In this document: in pieces, positions 51,901 to 62,266 of the stretch
How positions within the stretch are numbered: position 1 is the stretch's first letter
Layout of the letters: the number at the start of each line of letters is the position of its first letter
NCBI RefSeq assembly: GCF_006345805.1
Contig: NC_043019.1
Coordinates: 14,631,360 to 14,695,359, forward strand
Direction: 5' to 3'
DNA: 64,000 bases
Source of the DNA: Octopus sinensis
Lineage: Eukaryota
The notes under the pieces: generated by a model
What the model was told of the DNA's origin: nothing
What the model saw: only the letters and a program-made list of their open reading frames with translations
Databases searched by the model: none
Translations under genes and position numbers: made by a program

Positions 51901-54900
51901 TGTGAAGACATAGATATTGGATACGGAAAATCTGTGAAAACAAAAATATTGAAAGTGGAAGATTTGTGGGGGCATGGAGACTGAATGTGAAAAACCTGCA
52001 GAAACATGGATAATGAGAGAGGAAAATTTGTGGAAACATGGGCTTTGAATGCAGATCTGTGGAAATTTAGACACTGAATGTGAAAAATCTGAAGTAAAAT
52101 GGAAACTGAAAGTGGAAGATTTGTGGAAACAGAGAGAGTGAATGTGAATGATCCATGGAGATACGGACATTGATTGTTGAAGATCTATGAATTTTTAGCT
52201 ATAGAATGGAGAAGTTCTTAACCAGATCAAGCCGAAACTGTCGCTAGAAGCTAGGATCACCAAGCATAGATTGGCATATTTTGGTCATATTATGCGGAGA
52301 AAATCCCTGGAGAAAGACATCATGCTCGAAATGGTCAGTGGCAAGAGAGGAAGAGGCCGACCAAGACCTGCTGGCTTGACACCATCAAGAGTGACACGGG
52401 AATGGCCATAGCCAATCTGAAAGAATCGACCCAGGATAGAACTGGATGGAGGACACTGATCCATCGAGTAACCGAGAGTTGACTTTGACTGAGTGGATAG
52501 ATAGATATGGAAGAATTGTGGAAACCTAAATATCAAATATAGAAGTTCTGTGGAAACCAGGATATTTAATGCAGAAGATCTGTAAAGCCATAGCCACCAA
52601 ATGTGGAAGATCTGTGGAAACCTGGAGACTGAAAGTGGAAAAACTCTATACACATGAAAACTGAGTGCGGAAGGTCTGTGGAAGATGTGAGACGGGTGAG
52701 TATGACCTGATGGGTGTGAAAGATGGAGCATAAATGAGGTGAGAGAGTGGCTGGGGATGAAAGGGTTCAACAGGTATGTGTACCATAGGTGACGACACCG
52801 ATAGTAAGGAGATATGATGCGGATGATGAGTGGCAGGTGGCAAAGAGCCGTGTGTTCATAGTAGAAGGTATCGATATGAGAGGAAGATGTGGGAAGATGC
52901 GAGTTTTAGATCTTAATCAAGGGGCAATATCTTATATTCCATATCTACCTGTTTCATATCAGCATGGAAAAACAATTTTAATTAAATAATGACAAAAATA
53001 ATGTTGGCGAATACGATGCAAAAAAGATACATTTGACAGTAACGATCAAAGCGATGAAGATGTTGACCATAATGACATGATAGTGAGGATGAGGATGATG
53101 GTGATGATGAAGAGGATGATGATGACGACGACGATGACGATGATGACGATGATGGTGATGGGGATGATGATGGTGATGATGATGAAAGGTATGCATTCAA
53201 ATTGAAATGCTACTGATTAAAGTGGAGCGACACTTACCGGAAATATCTTCTGTTACTGTACCAGAAGAACTGTCGGAATGGTTCCTTGCATCACTGAGTG
53301 TCTTTATGAAATTGCTGCTGCTCCTCTGTGAACTTGCCCGGTGGGAATGGCTGAGAATTTAATGGATGGGAAAATGAGGGAGGAGAAGGCATTTCCTTTA
53401 TAGGCAATAAACACGAGAATATTTCTGGTGGAGTAAATCATTACAAACTCAAGTCCTGCTTATATGTCACGCTTATGTCATGCACGGTTTCCAAAAAAGG
53501 GAAAACAGTGCAACAGAAGCAATCTGAAATAGTCATTCTGTCTATGGGGAAGAATGCTGGAATAAAAGAATTTGCTGAAGATGGTTTGCAAAGTTCCAAA
53601 ATGGTGACATAACATTTTACTCTTTTACTTGTTTCAGTCATTTGACTGCGGCCATGCTGGAGCACCGCCTTTAGTCGAGCAAATCGACCCCAGGACTTAT
53701 TCTTTGTAAGCCCAGTACTTATTCTATCGGTCTCTTTTTGCCGAACCGCTAAGTAACGGGGACGTAAACACACCAGCATCGGTTGTCAAGCAATGCTAAG
53801 GGGACAAACACAGACACACAAACACACACATATATGTGTATATATATATATATACACGACAGGCTTCTTTCAGTTTCCGTCTACCAAATCCACTCACAAG
53901 GCATTGGTCGGCCCGGGGCTATAGCAGAAGACACTTGCCCAAGATGCCACGCAGTGGGACTGAACCCGGAACCATGCGGTTGGTTAGCAAGCTACTTACC
54001 ACACAGCCACTCCTGCGCCTATTTGATAGTTAAATGCTTGAGTCAGAGATACAACAAGAAACAGGTAACTACTCATGCGGACCTTTCTTTCGTTGGAGAT
54101 TAAACTTTGCTTGCGGAGACCCGTCGAGGCAAGTGAAATCACAATCAAAATCAAATTCACTGACATGGCCGATAACAGCATCGCCTGACTGGCACCCATA
54201 CCAGTGCAACGTTAAAGCACCATCCGAGCATGATCTTTGCCTGGGCCACTGACTGGCTCCCGTGCCGGTGGCACATAAAAAGCACCATTCGAGCGTGATC
54301 GTTACCAGCGTCACCATACTGGCATGTGAAAAACAACATTCGAGCGAGGTCGTTGCCAGTGCCACTGGACTGGCTCCTGTGCAGGTGTCACGTAAAAAAC
54401 ACCATTTGAGAGTGGCCATCGCCAGTACCGCCTGACAGGCCCCCGTGCCAGTGACAAGTAAAAAGCACCCACTACACTCTCAGAGTGGTTGGCATCAGGA
54501 AGGGCATCCAGCTGTAGAAACTCTGCCAGATCAGATTGGAGCCTGGTGCAGCCGTCTGGTTCACCTGTCCTCAGTTAAATCGTCCAACCCATTCTAGCAT
54601 GGAAAGCGGACGTTAAACAATGATGATGATGATGATGAATGGTCAATTCTTCAACATTATAGACTTGGTTAGTTGAGACATTCTGTCTTTGTCGGTCAAG
54701 AACAACAAATGAAATAAATACCAAAGTCTTTGTAGAATCCTGCTACTCACCGTTTCTGTGACAAATGACTAGATATACTTGCTGAAGGTATGGATGAAGA
54801 ATGTCTCGCTGCTTTGTGATTAAACTGTGTTCCACTTGCTGGTTGGTCATCAGATGCAGACGTTTCTTTGGATACAAGTGTGTTCTAGAGAAAATAGAAT

Positions 54901-57900
54901 GCACTTCTGTAAAAACCATATCCACACACATATACGAGAGGGTGCTGAAAAGTTCCTGGCTTTGGGTAAAAGAAAATACAGGAGGGTCAATTAATTATGA
55001 CTTTATTCAACATGTTCCCCTCTCGGGTTCACATATTTACCGCACGGTCCTTCAGCTTTTTTAAGACCTGTAAAAGAACTCAGAAGGTTGGGCCCCAAAC
55101 CAGGCTTTTCACAATGCCTTAAAGCCAGGAACTTTTCAGCACCCGCCTTGTGTGTGTATTTTTTTTTATATACCCAGGCTTATCCCTCATTTTTTAGGAG
55201 TGGGTAGCCACAAAAAGACACACACCAAGTATTCTATTCATTTCCCTGCTCAAAGAAGTGAGCCCTATTCTATACTCAGGTCAAGGCATAGAACGCAACC
55301 CCCAATATCAGCAGCAGGGCCCGACAGCACATGCTGGTTTACCCCCACCTTTAAATCCGGAATCACTGCTTGATAGCATGAAACATGAAACAGTGCCAGT
55401 ACAGACAACTGGAGCCCGGTCATCTCCCAAGCTGGCCAGCTCTTGTCAAACTGTCCCACCCATTCCAGCACGGATGTTAACCAATGATGATGATGAACCA
55501 CTTAAGTTTTGAGGACATAAACAAACCAACTCCAGTGGTCAAGTGTTGGTGAGAGACAAATATAAAGTTTCACACATACACACATAAAAGGCTTCTACAC
55601 AGTTTCTTTTAATGAAATTCACTCACAAGGCATTGGGCTGTAGTAGAAGACACTTACAAAAGGTGCCATGCAATGGGATTGAACCCGAAACCACATGGTT
55701 GCAAAGCGAGCTTCTTAAACCACAGAGCCATATCAGCACCAGCATATCTCAGAAAACCTTATCAATCCCAATGTAACAAATTCAGAACAGCTTATCATCA
55801 TCATCATCATTTAACATCCACTTTCCATGCTGGCAAGGGTTTGACGGTTTGACTGAGGGCTGGCAAGCCAGGAGGCTGCCCTTCCTAACACCAACCACTC
55901 CGAGAAATACCATTTACCTTAGATGTAACTGTGCTGTTGAGGGAATGATAATGTGAGAAAGACTTTTGAGACGCTGGTTGTTTCTCTTCGGCCATAATGC
56001 TCTTCAGTACACCGGAGTGGTCACTGGGTTCTGGAGATGAGATGACCGGTTCTGCTGGCGGGACACGACTTGTAGCATTATTGTCCAGCATAGCCATTGC
56101 ACGTCGCATTTGCTCCAGGTAATGCAAATTCAGTTCAGGATTTTGACTCTGAGTCTGAAATTATAAACATAAAAAGACATCATCATCTTCATCAACATCA
56201 ATGTCATCATTTTTTATTTAATGTTCACTTTTTCCTGTTTGCATGGGTCGAATGGAAAGAATTTGTCGAGGCATATTATCTATGACTGGATGCTCTTCCA
56301 TTCACCAACCCTTACCTGTTTCCAAACGAAGTAATTTTTTCCCCTTAGCCAGACATGTTTTTCACAGAAAACCAGAAACAAATGAAACTGCTTGTGTGAC
56401 AGTGATGTTCGTTTACAATTCTCACGCAATATCAACATAAGGAGACATAAACACACTCACACACACACATGTATGTATATAATATGTATATATCATCATT
56501 CGAGTGAGGTCGTTGCCAGTGCCACTGGACTGGCTCCTGTGCAGGTGGCATGTAAAAAACGCCATTTGAGCGTGGCCATTGCCAGTACTGCCTGACTGAC
56601 CCTCGTGCCGGTGGCACATAAAAGCACCCGCTACACTCTCGGAGTGGTTGGCGTTAGGAAGGGCATCCAGCTGTAGAAACTCTGCCAGATCAAGATTGGA
56701 GCCTGGTGCAGCCATCAGGTTTGCCACTCCTCAGTCAAATTGTCCAACCCATGCCAGCATGGAAAGCGGACGTTAAACGATGATGATGATGATGAGTATG
56801 AATAATTAAGCTTCACATTTGGCAGAATAATTCAAACACTAAAGGGTTAATAACAAAAAATAAAAATAAAACTTTGTTGTGCCTAGGGGGGTGGGGTCAT
56901 TACGCCAATATAATTAACACACACACACACACACTGGTTCAGTTCCACTCATTTATTAAATATTCAATTGTTTTGTTTTTGTTTGTCACTGAGAAAGCTG
57001 CAAGAAGCAATGAAAGAGCCTTGGCAAACAAAAAAATTGGATCTTTAATAAATAAATGGAATTGAACCGGTGCACGTGTTAATAAAAATACATAATAATA
57101 ATAATGAAATTATTGTATACAGTGCTCAGGTGCACTACAACTTGTCAGAAAATGCATATAAAGTGTATGCGTCTGGAAAGCAAACAATGTATGAGTCAGA
57201 TACATGCTTGTGTGTGTATGGAGGGGAGGAAATCAGGTGTAGTGTTGGCGAATCTAATATTGGCATACCGGCTCTCCTTGGACACAACAAAATTTGTTTC
57301 AACACACAAATTCACATAAAGAATCTTGCAAGCCAGAGACAAAAACAAAGTAAAAAATAAAACTGTCTTACCTGAAATATTCTGCCCAACGAAAACGTTT
57401 CCTGTTGAGCTAAGGATAAGGACTCCACTGTCTGTTCCCAGTTATACAACTCAGCACGCAGCTTCATCGGAAGCTGAGCAGGGGAATACTTTTTCATGGA
57501 GCTCTCAAGAGTGTCACCTTCTTTTGCGGAGTAGCCACCAACGGCAGGAAACTGGTGGAGGAGATGAGAAGATTGAAAGCTTCAGGGAATGAAACACCCA
57601 TACTCTTTACTCTTTTACTTGTTTCAGTCATTTTGACAGCGGCCATGCTGGAGCACCGCCTTTAATCGAGTAACTCGACCCCGGGACTTATTCTTTTGTA
57701 AGCCCAGTACTTATTCTATCGGTCTCTTTTGCCAAACCGCTAAGTGACAGGGACGTAAACACACCAGCATCAGTTGTCAAGCAATGCTAGGGGGACAAAC
57801 ACAGACACAGACACGCATATACATATACGACGGGCTTCTTTCAGTTTCCGTCTACCAAATCCACTCACAAGGCTTTGGTCGGCCCGAAGCTATAGTAGAA

Positions 57901-58477
57901 GACACCTTCCCAAGGTGCCACGCAGTGGGACTGAACTCGGAACCATGTGGTTGGTTAGAAAGCTACTTACCACACAGCCACTGGCATTACTTTACAATCC
58001 AAATTGTTTCTATCCAGATATATCCATGCATGAGTTAAGGGTGGAACGGGGTTGAATGAGTGGGGTTGTGGTGGTTGCGTGGATGCTGATGGTTTGGCAT
58101 GGCTGGCTTGATACGGAACTGATTTTGGAGATGGGATTTTACGGCACTAGTATTTCTTGGCATACACGCACACACACACATGTACATATGTATGCACGCA
58201 GAAATGTGCACATACAGAGAGAAAGGATGGGATAGACATGCACACACACATATAGACAGACGGACAGAAACAAAGAGATAGAGAGAGAGAGACAGACAGA
58301 CAGACAGGCAGGCAGGCAGACAGACAGATAGACAGATAGATAGATAGATAGAGAAAGAGAGAGACAGACAGATGGAGATAGAGAGAGAGAGAGATAGACA
58401 GATAGATAGAGAAATAGATAGAGAGAGAGATAGATAGATAGATAGAGAAATAGGTAGAGAGAGAGATAGATAGACAG

Positions 58478-58514
<37 letters not shown>

Positions 58515-61500
58515 AAGAAAGAGAGAGAGATAGATAGATACATACATAGACAGACAGATAGACAAACAGACAGACAGACAGGTAGATAGATAGAGATAAA
58601 GAGAGAGATAGAGAGCAAAAGAAATATTAAAATGCCGAATGTCAAATAAACCAGTGTCAAATCAGTGACGCCAAGTAGGTATTAAAATGATGATGATGAT
58701 GATTATTATGATGATGATGATGATGAGGCACATAACAATTAAAGTTTCCAAACTGATGACTAGTCCTATAGGTGTACTACATAAAAAGGCAGTTGCCAGT
58801 TGTACCACAATGGACCCCTAAACCAGAAGTGCCTCCAAGACAGGTAACACTTGAGAAATGAGAAAGGAGCCACAAAGGGATCTAAGAGAAGATCACATGA
58901 ATTAAACCCTCACCTGAGACTTATAGGGACACATAGATTTACTGGGTAAATCATTCTGTAAACTCGAAATATCAGAGTCTGTACCATCTCCGACACTGGA
59001 GAGAATCTGTGAGGACATCTCGATGGTTGATTGATTTTCTGCTTCACTGTCTCCACTGAAATATCAAAGCATATAAGATAAATACAGACGATTTTTACTG
59101 CCGGCTAAGTCCACCTTGTTACGAAAATAAATACTTGTGTGACTAGTGCAGAGGCTAACTTCTACAATCCCCGTCCATCAACTTAAACATTACTAGCCCT
59201 CAAGAATGTTACAAATGCGAGGCCTCTAACATCAGCGAGGGTTCTCTCCTGGTGAATCCATACCCTCAAAATTTCAGTCTGGGCTTCCTCTTTGGAGCCA
59301 GAAAATATTTTGGCCCATAACAAATACTAACCCAGACAAGGCCTGAGCATCTCTTATGCAAAGCCAGAAATCCGGGATCTGGAATTATCCAGAAATGTTT
59401 TTGCTAGTTTATTTTGTCTCTTTGTCTTCTCTCCTGGTGCTGTATGAACATTTAATGTGGTTTTAGAGTCAGTTTTGACTACTGTTTTCAGTGTGGTGGT
59501 ATCTCTTAGATACCCTAAATTATAATTTTAAATAATTTTAACATTTGAAAGGTTTTTATTCCCATGCTGGCCACCTGATAAGATCAGTATTTAAATAACA
59601 ATCTTATCCTTATTTATATAAATATATATCATCATCATCATCATGATATATATATATATATATATCTCATCATCATCATGATATATATATATATATATAT
59701 ATTTATTTAATTTATATTAAAATTTTATGTATTGATTAAGTATTTCCTTGTTTGGTTTTAAAATAGTGGTTTTGTCTCGAATTATATTATATAATATTTT
59801 ACTATAAAATTGGATTTAACCCTAAATCTGATTTTTCCCTGTAATTTTGGATTCATTCCCTAATATTTATTATTATATATATATATATATATATATAAAT
59901 ATATACATATATATATTCAAAATGTGACTGCGTGTGTACCGTCAGCGATTTTTTTTCCTCTGTCTTCCCTTCTCGGGATCTTTCCTTCTCCTATGTTTCT
60001 GACAAAGAGCTCTGCTCGAAACGTAAAACCCTCCTTCTTCCCTTCCTTCCTGAGCGTCCAATAATACTATATTTGTTCCACGTCCTTGCGTTGTTTTGTT
60101 TTCTCTTTGTGTTTTCAGGTTTGGATTAACTATATATATATATATATACAGAAAAGGAGAGAGAGAGAGAGAGAGAGATAAAGCAAACATATAAAGTTAA
60201 TTATATTCATTAAAAAATATTTCATGACTCAGTTTATTTTATTTTATTAAAAAAAAACAATTTCAGGTAAGAATCTTGAGCAGAAATTGACAATAAACTT
60301 ACCATGATGATGATGAATGTAAATCCTGCAAACCATAGCGGTTTCCATTGGTTTGGATGACTGGATTGATGGAGTACGGGCTGCAGACAGAAAAGATTAG
60401 GGTTACACAGCGTTACGTGTTACCACACACATACACACACACAGCAACAGTAGAGCATGTCACACACACAACAGCACTATACACTACACATACATACACA
60501 ATAGCAGCGTTGCACATACATGCATAACAGTAATGTATTTTGTTTATAAAAAATCTAAAATGGAATCAGGTTGGGCAAGAAAATGCAAATTAGACCCGTT
60601 ACCATTAATTACAGCACAACAGCCAATTATTTTATTTTAAGACCATTTTCCAAGCTAAATCATGGAAGAGTCTCATACATTTTGCTCAGTCCCTTAGTTG
60701 GAAACTGACATGGAGTGAAGAATCGAGGCCTTTCAGCACAAATGCTTCAGTGGGCTATCACACATCCTCTACACAGGGCACAAAATGAGCAGCTTTGTTA
60801 ACCCTTTTGCTACAAACCCGGTTAAAACCAGCTCTGGTTCTGAGTACAAATGTCTTGTTTTCATAAGTTTTGACTTAAAATCTTCCAGCAAACCTTAGTC
60901 ACAATTTATGTTCCTAACACTAGCTGAATGATAACTAAGTTATTTTACTAAATTCTTTGTTATATTTAAAATTAATTGAAAGAAACACAGAACATCTCAA
61001 CAGAAATAAGGTAACAAAAGGGTTAAAGTCACCATGATATTTTTAACCCTTTTGATATCAACCCAGCTGGAATTGGCTCTGGCTCTGCAGTACAAATGTC
61101 TTGTTTTCATAAGTTTTGACTTAAAATCTTCCAGCAAACCTTAGTCACAATTTATGTTCCTAACACTGGCTGAATGATAACTAAGTTATTTTACTAAATT
61201 CTTTGTTATATTTAAAGTAATTGAAAGAAACACAGAGCATCTCAAAATAAATACAGTAATGAAAGGGTTAAGCAGCAAGAGAACAGATACACTGGCAGAC
61301 AGGAGCCATTCCTTGTGCAAGTAAAAAGAGAGAAGCTTGCCTGCTATGGTCATGTACCCTGCCACAACTCCCTGCCCAAAACCATTCTTCAGGACACGGT
61401 TGAGAGCAGGCAAAGGAAAAGCAGAGGAAATCCTGGCTTGACAACATCAAGGACTGGACACATGTATGTGGGTGCATGTATATAGATTCTGTAGTACAGG

Positions 61501-62222
61501 GTGGAGTGAAAATAAAAAAATTGTCGAAATTGAAAATGCTTGAGGCCTAAAATCTTGCTATGTATTTTTAGGAGAAAAATACTAAATTTTCACTTAGATC
61601 AGTCAAAGGCATTTACTCCCTCAAGCCCCCTAAACACTGCTATTGTAAAAAAATTTTTGAAATCCTCCATTTCGGAGTTTATGGGGCTTGAGGGAGTAAA
61701 TGCCCTTAATTGATCTCAGTGAAAATTTAGCATTTTTCTATTAATCAAATATAGTAACATTTTAACCCCAAGGCATTTTCAATTTCCACAATTTTTTAAT
61801 TTTCACTCCACCCTATATATACACAGAAACTGAGAGAAACCCATCATTCATATATATATATATAAGATGGGTTTCTTTCAGTTTTTGTCTACTAAATCCA
61901 CTAAATCCTGTTATTATTTTTATTGTATTTTATATTTGTGTAACATTGTTTTTTCAGTCCTTGTTTTTGTATAAATTCGATGCTTTCCTCCAAGGAATCT
62001 AATGCTCTTAGCTTAGTTTTTCCTTGGGGCTGGCCAAATTGCAGCTATCTCAAGAATAATCAGCTGAAATTGCGAGGATAATCTGGTGCTTCACTGAGGA
62101 AAGAAAACTTCGAATGACCCGTCCTTGTTTTCTTTGTATCGTCTATCTGGATGATTGTTGTCCCTTTCTTGTATCACCTAACTGTGTCCAGATGTTTTGC
62201 GTTCTTGTCCCATTTTGCATTT

Positions 62223-62266
<44 letters not shown>

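Noticed and set aside
51518-52170. His/Phe-rich repetitive minus-strand ORFs (173-195 aa)
   Set aside because: Antisense reading of the 30-bp RTE-derived satellite.
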